DNA of 64,000 nucleotides, from positions 844-64,843 of the forward strand of contig SVNW01000009.1 in NCBI GenBank assembly GCA_015066745.1, given 5' to 3'. Within the stretch, counting starts at the first letter, position 1. The number at the start of each line of letters is the position of its first letter. Position numbers and translations under genes: made by a program. The stretch is from Ruminococcus sp. (GTDB lineage Bacteria; Bacillota; Clostridia; Oscillospirales; Ruminococcaceae). The notes beneath the pieces are model-generated. The model made no database searches. It saw nothing but the letters and a program-made list of their open reading frames with translations, and had not been told where the DNA came from. Positions 18,308-27,840 of this stretch are shown here, piece after piece.

Positions 18308-21106
18308 TCATTCTTTTTCATTTAAATAAAGCTTTATTCTATTGTTTAAAATATCAATAAGATCATCTTCAACCAAGTAACTATCTGAAAAATAACGTTC
18401 CAATTCCTCTTTTATGATTTTGGTAATATTTGAATCCATATACATATTAAAATCAGAATTCATATACAAATCTTCAAAGTTCTCTTTTGATTTATTATTT
18501 TCATACAGTAAATCATATACAGGAAAACACTCAGACTGAGACTGACACTTCTCAGATAAAGCAACTTTTATAAATTCCCATGCCTCATTTTTGTTTTTAG
18601 AATTTTTAGATATCATCATTGAATATTCAGGCTTTATTGAAGAAATATATTCTCCGGATTTTAGACCTGATAAAATCATACTTTCCGGATCAACGCTACA
18701 AAAATTTTCTATACTATACAAAATATTTTTTTCTACAGTACATATATCTTTTTCAGCTGTTTTTTCTTTAAAATTTTCTTTAAGATATTTCAGACATTTA
18801 ATTAAATTATCATTATTAAAATTAACTTCAGATGTATTAAAATCAATATACATATCAATATTTCTTATTATCATTTCAGATGCAAATTCTGAACAAGTAG
18901 TATTGCAGATAAATTCTTTTGTATTTTTATTTTCTACATACTCATCAAATCCATCATCAATATCTATACCGGCAATCACTTCTAATGCAAATTCAGAAAA
19001 AACAGAATACATTGCTCCATTAACTATTTGTCTTTCAAATATATTATCAAGATAATTTTCCTTGTTAAATGTCTTATCATTTTCCATATACAACAAAATA
19101 TCTTCTGCTATATCTGAAATATCATATTTATAAATATCAAATTCATTATTACTTACTACTATATCGCATTTACCATCTCTCATAAGAGCATTTACATCTG
19201 CATTCTCATCAACTTGCAAAAGCGTTACCATTTCATCATCATGAGATTGGTTATATATTCTGACAGCGTTATTTAAAGATTCATAGTTAATATTTATTCC
19301 ACATATTATAATATTTTCTTTTATCTCTGATTTTGATGGTTTAAAAATTGCAATATCACCCTCCAGGCTTGAAATATCGCTTAAAACACATATAAACTCA
19401 TCTGACGATACTGAATATACTTCATCTGTAGGCTCTTGCGGAAAAATAGTGGTGTATTCATGCTTTTTCATATCGATTGTTATTAAACTCATATCTTCTT
19501 TATAAACAGAAAAATCACTTTTAATAATATCATTATTTTGACTAAGAACATATTTCTTCTTAGAACTTACATCATAAATACATTTTTCAGTATTACTTTC
19601 TCCAAATAAAAATACATCTCCAATATCATCTGAATAAATATCAGTATACGAAATATCATTATTTTCATCTTCTTCTATAAACACTTGCTCTGATACTGTC
19701 TTATCAGATATATTGATATCCTGAATGAAATATCTGCCATCTCCCGAAAATGAAAGAACTATTAATTTTTCATTGTATATAACAATATCTTTTATATACA
19801 CACCAGATATATCAAAAAAATCATAAATCATATATTCAGAAGTTGTTTTATCAAACTCACAAATCTTATAGTTCTGAGAACTTGTAACAAATCCTTCCGA
19901 AACGCCTACTAAACCATAAAAACTATCTGATGCACTTATTATTTTTTTTACATCAAATATCTCATTATTTTCATAAACAAACTCCTCTGTTAAAGATAAT
20001 GATTTATCATATCTGTTTATTACTACTTTATCATTAGCATAGCGCTTTTTTTCTATGACAAGATTTTCAAAATCCCCACCCAATACATCGTAGTCAAAAT
20101 TTTCATCAAAAGAATAAATGTTATTTGAACAATTGTTTTGCATATCATACATTTTTATATCACTCGAAGTACAACACAATATACTTTTATTCTGATTTGC
20201 AGGATATAAAGATATACTTCCATTCTCTTCAAATTCGCATCTTGAAATAATTTGTCCTGTATTTGCATCAAATGTATTTATATATACATCATTCATTCCA
20301 TCATCATTTTTTTCAACACTGCCAACTATTATCACATCTTCAGAAGAATTTTCTAACATAAGAGGTATATATCCGGGCATATCAGAAAATTCTTGCAGTG
20401 TATATATAAGCTTGTTTTCATGCGAATATCTGGATATTTTTATATTTTCATAAATATTTTCTTCATCAGAAATTGTTTGAATAGTATAATTTCCTTTTCT
20501 GTCGCAAAATGCATTTAATACCTTCTCGCCATCTTCTCCGGTCAAAATTATTTCAGAAATTTTTGAAAATTGATAATCATATATCATTAACAGATCTTCT
20601 TTTCCATTATTCACAAAGACACCAATACTATCTTCCATTCCTGAAACCGATATAACCGATATAGTCTTATCCAATCTCAATTTATTCTGTTGATGCCCAT
20701 TAGTATCTGTAACACAAATATATGTGTTATCATCTTCACCACAATAAACTAAAATACATTTATCATCTACAACAATCATGTCGATAATATAACCAACAAA
20801 AAAATCCGGCTTATAAGATAACACTTCTCCGCTATTTACATTCAATATTTCATATTCGATCTTGTCATATACAGGATTAGATATTCCGGCAACATAATAA
20901 CTTTCATCATCCGCTGTAATAGTGTGAATCAAATCAACATTATCCACGTTAATTGAATTATCATAAACTAATCTTATTTTCTCTGAAACATCTGTATAGT
21001 TTTTTGATCCTGTATCCCCATAATCATCAATCTTATCAGCATTACATGACACCAAAGACAAAATGATCATAATAATAAAAGTTATTTTCTCCATTTTATT
21101 TATCAT
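18308..21106 (-). CDS. Large lipoprotein; the C-terminal half resembles an extracellular solute-binding domain
   Basis: 932 aa. Lipobox LSLVSCNAD. N-terminal half is repetitive and beta-rich. Starts immediately after the stop of the ABC ATPase gene. Confidence 0.55.
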   Translation of the reverse strand: MINKMEKITFIIMIILSLVSCNADKIDDYGDTGSKNYTDVSEKIRLVYDNSINVDNVDLIHTITADDESYYVAGISNPVYDKIEYEILNVNSGEVLSYKPDFFVGYIIDMIVVDDKCILVYCGEDDNTYICVTDTNGHQQNKLRLDKTISVISVSGMEDSIGVFVNNGKEDLLMIYDYQFSKISEIILTGEDGEKVLNAFCDRKGNYTIQTISDEENIYENIKISRYSHENKLIYTLQEFSDMPGYIPLMLENSSEDVIIVGSVEKNDDGMNDVYINTFDANTGQIISRCEFEENGSISLYPANQNKSILCCTSSDIKMYDMQNNCSNNIYSFDENFDYDVLGGDFENLVIEKKRYANDKVVINRYDKSLSLTEEFVYENNEIFDVKKIISASDSFYGLVGVSEGFVTSSQNYKICEFDKTTSEYMIYDFFDISGVYIKDIVIYNEKLIVLSFSGDGRYFIQDINISDKTVSEQVFIEEDENNDISYTDIYSDDIGDVFLFGESNTEKCIYDVSSKKKYVLSQNNDIIKSDFSVYKEDMSLITIDMKKHEYTTIFPQEPTDEVYSVSSDEFICVLSDISSLEGDIAIFKPSKSEIKENIIICGININYESLNNAVRIYNQSHDDEMVTLLQVDENADVNALMRDGKCDIVVSNNEFDIYKYDISDIAEDILLYMENDKTFNKENYLDNIFERQIVNGAMYSVFSEFALEVIAGIDIDDGFDEYVENKNTKEFICNTTCSEFASEMIIRNIDMYIDFNTSEVNFNNDNLIKCLKYLKENFKEKTAEKDICTVEKNILYSIENFCSVDPESMILSGLKSGEYISSIKPEYSMMISKNSKNKNEAWEFIKVALSEKCQSQSECFPVYDLLYENNKSKENFEDLYMNSDFNMYMDSNITKIIKEELERYFSDSYLVEDDLIDILNNRIKLYLNEKE

Positions 21107-21730
21107 TTATAAGCTTACTCTCCTCTCCAGATTAATAATCCTGCTACCTATTTTTTTTATGTCATCATCATGAGTAACCAATATGACTGTTTTGCCCTCA
21201 TCATTTAAAGATCTCAATATATCAACTACCATAGATGCATTTTTTTTATCAAGTGAACCTGTTGGCTCGTCTGCAAGAATTATATCACACTTTTTCAATA
21301 TAAGTCTTGCTAAAGCTACTCTTTGTTGTTCTCCGCCTGAAAGTTTATAAACTTTCTTATTCCCATAATTTTTTAAACCAACTCTGCAAAGTACATCATC
21401 AATTAACTGCCTGTCTTTTATTCCTTTTACAATTTTCAGATTTTCTTCAACTGTCTCCTCTTCAACCAAAGCAAAGTTCTGAAACAAAAATCCTACTTTA
21501 TCTCTGAAATACTTAATCTTATTTTTCCGTCTGCCTATGTCAATACCATCAACTAATATACACCCTTTGTCTGCATTTTCAATAGCTCCGATCATATTAA
21601 GAAGCGTTGTTTTTCCACAACCGCTTTCTCCGTTAAAAACAATAAATTCACCATCTTTGATTGTTTCGCTAAAATTCTCAAAAATCATTTGACCATCAAA
21701 AGATTTATAAATTCCTTTTAACTCTATCAT
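21107..21730 (-). CDS. ABC transporter ATP-binding protein (MacB/LolD-like)
   Basis: 207 aa. Walker A GESGCGKTT, signature LSGGEQQR, Walker B ILADEPTGSLD. Start overlaps the stop of the upstream permease gene by 4 nt. Confidence 0.9.
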   Translation of the reverse strand: MIELKGIYKSFDGQMIFENFSETIKDGEFIVFNGESGCGKTTLLNMIGAIENADKGCILVDGIDIGRRKNKIKYFRDKVGFLFQNFALVEEETVEENLKIVKGIKDRQLIDDVLCRVGLKNYGNKKVYKLSGGEQQRVALARLILKKCDIILADEPTGSLDKKNASMVVDILRSLNDEGKTVILVTHDDDIKKIGSRIINLERRVSL

Positions 21731-23652
21731 AACGCTCCACCTTTTAATATTTTCTGTATATTTGTATTTTCGATTTTAGTTATATTCACCATTATCACAA
21801 TAATATCTGTCACAAGTAAACCACATGTCTCTATAATAAAAAAACTATAATTAATGTCCGGAAGCGAATTTGTAACAATTTTACAACTCACAATAACTGA
21901 CAAAATTTTAGTGAATACAGAAAATAAAAAAATACCTAAATGTTTTTTTATAAGAGAATAACCATGTATTTTTAGCAGACTATATTTTAATGCATTTACA
22001 CTATATTCTATCTTCACAATCGAAAATATTGTCAGGATATTGACTATTACAGTTAAAAAAGCTATCGCTGATATTCCTGCTAAAATCATTATTTCAGTAC
22101 GTTTCCTTTCGTTAAAAGAATTAAGAATATTATCTTTATAACATCTGGAACTGTCATATGAAAATTCCTGAACTATTTTTTCAAACTTATCATCATCAAG
22201 TTGATATAAAATATTATCTTTTGCCATTGAACTTGTTCCGCAATATAGTGATGTTGTCAAACTAGAAGGATTTATAGTGTTATATACAACAATCGGATTC
22301 TTTTTAAAACCACATTTTAAAGTTTCAGTTACATCAAAGTATGCAACTTCTATATCAGTTTCATATGTAATTATATCATAAGTAAAATTAAAATCATTAC
22401 CTTCTAACTCATAAATACGTTTTAAAACACTGTCTATAATATTTGTTTTCTCGACATCATCCGGAATACAGATATAAATATCTTCTTTTTTGTCTTTTCT
22501 TCTCAGCGGTTCTATATGCTCTGCAATATATCTATAAGAATTACTATTGGCATATATTATATCATCAGAAACCTTATTTAACATAACGGCTTTAGAATCT
22601 AAAAAATTTTCACGATATATTTTTTCATAAGTCATAATTCTTGTCTTATATGAAAAATCATTGATTTCCGGAAAACATTCAATTTTTATTGAATAATATC
22701 CGGGAAACTTACTTATTAATTTTTCAGCTTTAATTAAATCACTGAAGTTCTCTCCCATTACCATACAAAAAGATAACGTGATAGTGCAAAAAAGTGATAT
22801 TCCAAACCACATTATATAATTAAAATTCAGAATTTTCCTATTACTTTGCGCTGAGTTTATTGCTATTTTAAAATCGGGATTAAGATATTTTAAATATATA
22901 ATTGAATTCAATACACAAATAATAACCATCGAAATAATTATATACTTTATAGCAATAGTGATTGTTGATATCAAACTTACCACAAATGTGGCAATTAAAA
23001 ACTCCACCAAAACAATTAAAATATCTTTCAATATATATTTCAAAGTTATGTTTATTGATGAATATCCAAGTGATATACTTATTACAACTTTTTTCAAATC
23101 TAACTTCATACAGTAGTATGTAAATGATAAAATTATACCTGAAATCAAACACCATATTCCAAATATTATCATATCATTATTTGTTTTTTCAGTATAACGA
23201 AAAACATCAAATTCATCATATATATAATCTTTTACATATCCTATTTGCTCTGATGAACATATCGGATAAAAAGTTATATACCCGGATGTTAATTTTGTAT
23301 CATCAAGTGAGTAATATTTTATTTCACTTTCATAAAATAAAAGACTTTTAACTTTTTTATTTGGTATCTCAACTATTTTTTCTACTTTTTCCTGAATATC
23401 ATCTGAACAAATGAATTTTATTTCTCTGTTAGTATTATCTTTTATTTGAGCATCACAAACGCATATTCCCAGATTATATTTTTCAGATAATTTTTTTATT
23501 TTTAACGAGAAATCATTATTATTTTTTACGATAAACTCAGGATAATATTCTATCAAAGTATTTTTCAAAAATCCTGATATACATATTTCGTTTGTAATGA
23601 CTATCCCAAATAAAATCAAAAAAAATGATATAAGACATTTTATTTTTCTCAT
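21727..23652 (-). CDS. Large FtsX-like membrane protein. Size and topology resemble the bacteriocin-associated (lactococcin-972-type, DUF1430) membrane proteins.
   Basis: 641 aa. N-terminal TM, about 150-aa exposed domain, TM cluster, about 200-aa second loop, then a C-terminal 3-TM FtsX-like bundle ending ...IQKILKGGAL. Partnered with the ABC ATPase. Confidence 0.55.
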   Translation of the reverse strand: MRKIKCLISFFLILFGIVITNEICISGFLKNTLIEYYPEFIVKNNNDFSLKIKKLSEKYNLGICVCDAQIKDNTNREIKFICSDDIQEKVEKIVEIPNKKVKSLLFYESEIKYYSLDDTKLTSGYITFYPICSSEQIGYVKDYIYDEFDVFRYTEKTNNDMIIFGIWCLISGIILSFTYYCMKLDLKKVVISISLGYSSINITLKYILKDILIVLVEFLIATFVVSLISTITIAIKYIIISMVIICVLNSIIYLKYLNPDFKIAINSAQSNRKILNFNYIMWFGISLFCTITLSFCMVMGENFSDLIKAEKLISKFPGYYSIKIECFPEINDFSYKTRIMTYEKIYRENFLDSKAVMLNKVSDDIIYANSNSYRYIAEHIEPLRRKDKKEDIYICIPDDVEKTNIIDSVLKRIYELEGNDFNFTYDIITYETDIEVAYFDVTETLKCGFKKNPIVVYNTINPSSLTTSLYCGTSSMAKDNILYQLDDDKFEKIVQEFSYDSSRCYKDNILNSFNERKRTEIMILAGISAIAFLTVIVNILTIFSIVKIEYSVNALKYSLLKIHGYSLIKKHLGIFLFSVFTKILSVIVSCKIVTNSLPDINYSFFIIETCGLLVTDIIVIMVNITKIENTNIQKILKGGAL

Positions 23653-23743
23653 ATACTTCTCCTGTATCTTTAAAATATTTTAATATACACAAAAAGCAAC
23701 AGTTAAAAACTGATGCTTTTTTTAAGTTATATAGGATATTTTT

Positions 23744-24295
23744 TTAATTGCACTGATAATCAAAAAAATCTGTAAATACCTTGTAATTTTTACGTGCTTC
23801 ATCTATACATTCATTATAAATCTGTTGTTCTTCAGGCGAATAAGTTACATCTGATAAAAGTTCAAGATTTTCATCAACTCTGATTTCTATAAGTCGAAAT
23901 TCATTTGAATCATTAGAAAAAACTCTTATAAAAAGCTTATCCTTCTTAAAAATTTTAGGGTAACAAACTATATCAACGTTACGTCCGGTATCCAAAAAAC
24001 CACCTGTTTCAGACATGATCATAGAATGACTCATTTGCAAACAGCCCCAAAATTTCAGATATTTTGGAGATTTCAAAAAAAATCCATATTCTCTGGTGTT
24101 TTCCGTATCAAATGAATAAGAATAACATTTACTACTCTCAGAATCGTCTAATACTATTTTGGGATTGTTCAAAATAGGCTTATATATACTTATATACATA
24201 TAAAACCACATAATATTCACTACAACAAACACTGTTACAATAACAATCATCATTATAACTATACGTCTTAAAACCGGCATTTTTTTCATTCTCAT
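23744..24295 (-). CDS. Membrane-anchored hypothetical protein, first gene of the cassette
   Basis: 183 aa. One N-terminal TM (IVIMMIVIVTVFVVVNIMWFYMYI), then a Cys-containing soluble domain. No recognisable motif. Confidence 0.45.
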   Translation of the reverse strand: MRMKKMPVLRRIVIMMIVIVTVFVVVNIMWFYMYISIYKPILNNPKIVLDDSESSKCYSYSFDTENTREYGFFLKSPKYLKFWGCLQMSHSMIMSETGGFLDTGRNVDIVCYPKIFKKDKLFIRVFSNDSNEFRLIEIRVDENLELLSDVTYSPEEQQIYNECIDEARKNYKVFTDFFDYQCN

Positions 24296-24429
24296 AATAC
24301 TCCTTTATAAAATACAATTACATTATAATTATACATTGTATTTCACTTCATGTCAACATCTCAAGCATTTAAATAATATAAACAATATATATATGTATAT
24401 TATAACAACAAATCTATGACTTACACTCA

Positions 24430-24870
24430 TCACACACTCATTATTCCTTTTAAGGAAGATAATACCCCTTCATGTACTCTTTTGTTTACACCGATAACTC
24501 CGCCGATACTTCCTGATATTATACACAGTAAAAATTTTAAAAAAACCGCAGTCTTTACAAACTCAAATGACAGTATAAGATTTATTACAAACATACATAC
24601 ACACACAATTGCTCCGCAAAGCCCGCCTGTTGCCATTCCTTTTTTTCTTGTAAAAAAGCCACCTGAAAATCCGGAAAAAAAAGCTCCCGAAAAAAGTACC
24701 AGACACGATATCAAAGCACATATTCTATCACTTACGTCTATAAACTGCATAATAAACGCTGTCGGGACAAGCAATACAAAAATAAACAGCAAACCGCATA
24801 CTTCTGATATGGCTAATATCCTCAAAAATTTTTTTCTTTTATCATTCATAAAAAACACACCCCAATACAA
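24430..24870 (-). CDS. Small 4-TM membrane protein, TIGR04086-like
   Basis: 146 aa (the true start may be MNDKRKK). Gly-rich TM helices (GGLCGAIV, SGSIGGVIG). Lies between yajC and the SCIFF genes, as I recall for this family. Confidence 0.5.
   Translation of the reverse strand: MYWGVFFMNDKRKKFLRILAISEVCGLLFIFVLLVPTAFIMQFIDVSDRICALISCLVLFSGAFFSGFSGGFFTRKKGMATGGLCGAIVCVCMFVINLILSFEFVKTAVFLKFLLCIISGSIGGVIGVNKRVHEGVLSSLKGIMSV
24431..24507. repeat. Right copy of the 77-bp direct repeat (functional 3' end of the TIGR04086-like gene)
   Basis: Matches 18220..18296. Covers the last 25 codons of the 24430..24870 gene. Confidence 0.9.
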
Positions 24871-24935
24871 TTTAAAGTTCTACTCTAAAATTATATTGGG
24901 GTAAAAGAAGTTATATTACTTTAATAAAAAAACTT

Positions 24936-25367
24936 TTATTTCTTGTTTTTCTTTTCTTTGACAGGTTCCTGTGAATCAGAAGCTTTTGCTGTTGCAAGAG
25001 GTGAAGCAGCTTTTTGTGCAGCCTTTTCTGCCTGCATTCTTTCCTTAGCAGTGATATTTTCTCTTACAGCTGTCTTCTGAACACGAAGCTTACTTCTGTC
25101 ACCGCCTGTTTCGATAACGATAGTATCTTCATTCTGACGTACTACTATCCCTATGATACCGCCTATAGTAACTATCTCGTCACCTATAGCAAGTGTCTCT
25201 CTCATTGCTTTGTCTTCTTTGTCACGTTTTTTCTGAGGTCTGATTATAAAAAGATAGAAAATCAGAATAACAGGTACAAATGTAATAAGCATAGAAACCA
25301 TTGCATCTGCGCCACTCATAGTCTGTTGCTGAGCCTGCGCTGCCATCATAAAAACATTTTGATACAT
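24936..25367 (-). CDS. yajC: Preprotein translocase subunit YajC
   Basis: 143 aa. ...IFYLFIIRPQKKRDKE...LAIGDEIVTIGGIIGIV... is a typical YajC core. Extended charged C-terminus. Confidence 0.85.
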   Translation of the reverse strand: MYQNVFMMAAQAQQQTMSGADAMVSMLITFVPVILIFYLFIIRPQKKRDKEDKAMRETLAIGDEIVTIGGIIGIVVRQNEDTIVIETGGDRSKLRVQKTAVRENITAKERMQAEKAAQKAASPLATAKASDSQEPVKEKKNKK

Positions 25368-25403
25368 TAAAAAGCCTCCATCAAATAAATTTGGTAAAAA
25401 ACA

Positions 25404-26789
25404 CTATTTACCGGATATATACTTATCTATTGATGCCGCCGCTTTCTTACCTGCCCCCATAGCAAGAATAACAGTTGCAGCGCCTGTAACAGCGTCGCCT
25501 CCGGCATAAATGCCTTCTTTTGTTGTCATCATATCTTCATCAACTATAAGACAACCACGCTTGTTTGCTTCCAGACCGCTTGTAGTTCTTCTTATAAGAG
25601 GATTAGGAGATGTACCTATAGACATGATAACCGTATCAACTTCAACTTCAAACTCTGAACCTGCTACTTCGATCGGCGCTCTTCTTCCGCTCGCATCAGG
25701 TTCACCAAGTTCCATTCTGATACATTCTATAGATTTTACTCTGCCGTTCTCATCACCGTTTATTTTTGTAGGATTATTGAGGAGCATAAACTCTACGCCC
25801 TCTTCCTTAGCGTGATGAACTTCTTCTTTTCTTGCAGGAAGTTCATCTTCAGAACGTCTGTAAATTATATATACGTGTTCTGCACCCATTCTCATTGCAC
25901 TTCTTGCTGCATCCATAGCAACGTTTCCGCCACCTACAACAGCAACGCTCTTTGATTTTATAACAGGTGTATCGTATTCTTCAAGATAACCTTTCATAAG
26001 GTTTATACGTGTAAGATATTCATTTGCAGAACATACACCTATAAGTGATTCGCCTTCTATCCCCATAAAATTCGGAAGTCCTGCACCTGAACCGATAAAC
26101 ATAGCCTCATAACCCATATCATAAATATCATCAAGTGAAAGAACCTTTCCTATAACCATATTGGTCATTATCTCAACGCCAAGTTCCCTGAGTGCGTTTA
26201 CTTCTTTCTGAACTATATTTTTAGGAAGTCTGAACTCCGGTATTCCATACATCAGAACGCCACCTGCAACGTGAAATGCTTCGAATATTGTTACACTGTA
26301 TCCCATACGTGCAAGATCTCCCGCACATGTAAGACCTGCAGGTCCTGCACCTATAACAGCAACTTTTCTTCCGTTTGACTGAGGTTTTGTTACCTTGACA
26401 GGTTCATTATTCATAACGAAATCTGCTACAAATCTTTCAAGTCTGCCTATAGCAACAGGTTCACCCTTTATTCCTCTTACGCATTTGCCCTCACACTGAT
26501 TTTCCTGAGGACAAACTCGTCCGCATACTGCAGGAAGTGCATTTGTAGATTTTATTATTTCATAAGCAGCATGAAAATCTCCGGCTGCAACTTTTTCTAT
26601 AAATTCAGGAATTCTTACGCTTACAGGACAACCTGTCACACAGGGCTTTGTCTTGCAGTTAAGGCATCTTCCTGCCTCTTTCATTGCCATTTCAGGTGTA
26701 TATCCAAGTGTAACTTCATCAAAATTTCTTGCTCTTACTTTCGGATCCTGTTCAGGCATCTGTACTTTATTTAATGACATATCAGCCAT
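25404..26789 (-). CDS. nfnB: NADH-dependent reduced ferredoxin:NADP oxidoreductase large subunit (GltD/SudA-like)
   Basis: 461 aa. N-terminal Cys clusters CLNCKTKPCVTGCP and CPQENQCEGKC. Two dinucleotide folds: VIGAGPAGL and VVGGGNVAMD. Confidence 0.85.
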   Translation of the reverse strand: MADMSLNKVQMPEQDPKVRARNFDEVTLGYTPEMAMKEAGRCLNCKTKPCVTGCPVSVRIPEFIEKVAAGDFHAAYEIIKSTNALPAVCGRVCPQENQCEGKCVRGIKGEPVAIGRLERFVADFVMNNEPVKVTKPQSNGRKVAVIGAGPAGLTCAGDLARMGYSVTIFEAFHVAGGVLMYGIPEFRLPKNIVQKEVNALRELGVEIMTNMVIGKVLSLDDIYDMGYEAMFIGSGAGLPNFMGIEGESLIGVCSANEYLTRINLMKGYLEEYDTPVIKSKSVAVVGGGNVAMDAARSAMRMGAEHVYIIYRRSEDELPARKEEVHHAKEEGVEFMLLNNPTKINGDENGRVKSIECIRMELGEPDASGRRAPIEVAGSEFEVEVDTVIMSIGTSPNPLIRRTTSGLEANKRGCLIVDEDMMTTKEGIYAGGDAVTGAATVILAMGAGKKAAASIDKYISGK

Positions 26790-26817
26790 TTCTTATAATC
26801 CTCCTAAAAATCAGCAT

Positions 26818-27654
26818 CTATTTTAAATTATCTGCTTGTTTCATCATTCTGCAATCATGTTCATGTTCTCTGTATGTGGAATTTCTCTTCATAAGTTCAT
26901 CAAAGTCAACAGCATGTCCGTCAAAATCAGGACCGTCAACACAGGCATACTTTATCTGACCGCCCACAGTAACACGACATCCTCCACACATACCTGTTCC
27001 GTCAATCATTATCGGATTTAAAGAAACCATAGTCTTTATATCATATTTTTTAGTAACATCACATACAAACTTCATCATAGGTACAGGTCCTATAGCTATT
27101 ACTTCATCAAACTTTTCACCGCTCTGAATAAGTTCATCAAGCGCTGTAGTAACAAAACCTTTCTGACCATAAGAACCATCGTCTGTTGTAATAATAAATT
27201 TATTTGTAACTGCCTTAAACTCATCTTCAAGTATAACTATATCCTTGCTTCTGAAACCGGCAATAACAGTTACATCAATACCTCTGTTAAAAAGCCCTTT
27301 AGCCTGCGGATAAGCTATAGCACAGCCAACACCACCGCCGATAACACATACTTTCTTTGTATCTTCGCCTATATGGGTCGGTACACCAAGAGGACCGACA
27401 AAGTCAAGAATTGAATCATTTTCTTCTAAAGCTGCAAGCTGCTGTGTAGATTTTCCGACTACCTGGAATATTATAGTTACTGTTCCCTTATCCCTGTCAT
27501 AATCGGCAATAGTAAGAGGTACTCTCTCACCAAATTCGTTTACTCTGAAAATGATAAACTGCCCCGGCTGAGCCTTTTTCGCTATAAACGGAGCTTCGAT
27601 TTCCATTAAAATCACTGCTTCGTTCAGAACTTTCTTTTGAACGATTCTAAACAT
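26818..27654 (-). CDS. nfnA: NfnA / sulfide dehydrogenase-like FAD/NAD-binding subunit
   Basis: 278 aa. PyrK-like ferredoxin-reductase fold with the C-terminal cluster motif MIDGTGMCGGCRV. Directly upstream of nfnB. Confidence 0.85.
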   Translation of the reverse strand: MFRIVQKKVLNEAVILMEIEAPFIAKKAQPGQFIIFRVNEFGERVPLTIADYDRDKGTVTIIFQVVGKSTQQLAALEENDSILDFVGPLGVPTHIGEDTKKVCVIGGGVGCAIAYPQAKGLFNRGIDVTVIAGFRSKDIVILEDEFKAVTNKFIITTDDGSYGQKGFVTTALDELIQSGEKFDEVIAIGPVPMMKFVCDVTKKYDIKTMVSLNPIMIDGTGMCGGCRVTVGGQIKYACVDGPDFDGHAVDFDELMKRNSTYREHEHDCRMMKQADNLK

Positions 27655-27840
27655 TTTAAAGATCTCTCCTTTTGTATTGGCTGATTGGTTTCAAGTTTGT
27701 TTAAGCCGTAAACGAACTAAAAATTTTACAAGCTTTACTTACCATTCTAACATAATTCAACTTAACTTGCAATACTTTTTTGAAAGTTTGCTCTTTATAT
27801 CCTTCAAAAAACAGAGTTTCTTAAAATGTTACTATATTTT

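Larger units (their letters stand above)
18297..24430. mobile_element. Putative inserted 6.1-kb AT-rich cassette bounded by 77-bp direct repeats (no recombinase seen)
   Basis: Direct repeats at both ends. Visibly lower GC than the flanks. Four co-directional genes, some overlapping or abutting. Interrupts the yajC / TIGR04086 / scfAB neighbourhood. Confidence 0.55.

Noticed and set aside
18297-24430. Searched both cassettes (also 42532..46170) for an integrase, transposase, relaxase or terminal inverted repeats.
   Set aside because: None found. All large ORFs are transporter or envelope proteins, and the ends share no inverted repeats. I therefore call them putative inserted cassettes, not defined mobile elements.
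24416-24904. 162-aa plus-strand ORF overlapping the TIGR04086-like gene.
   Set aside because: It is a shadow ORF. The minus-strand frame gives a coherent 4-TM Gly-rich membrane protein in the expected synteny, while the plus-strand product is low-complexity with no RBS.
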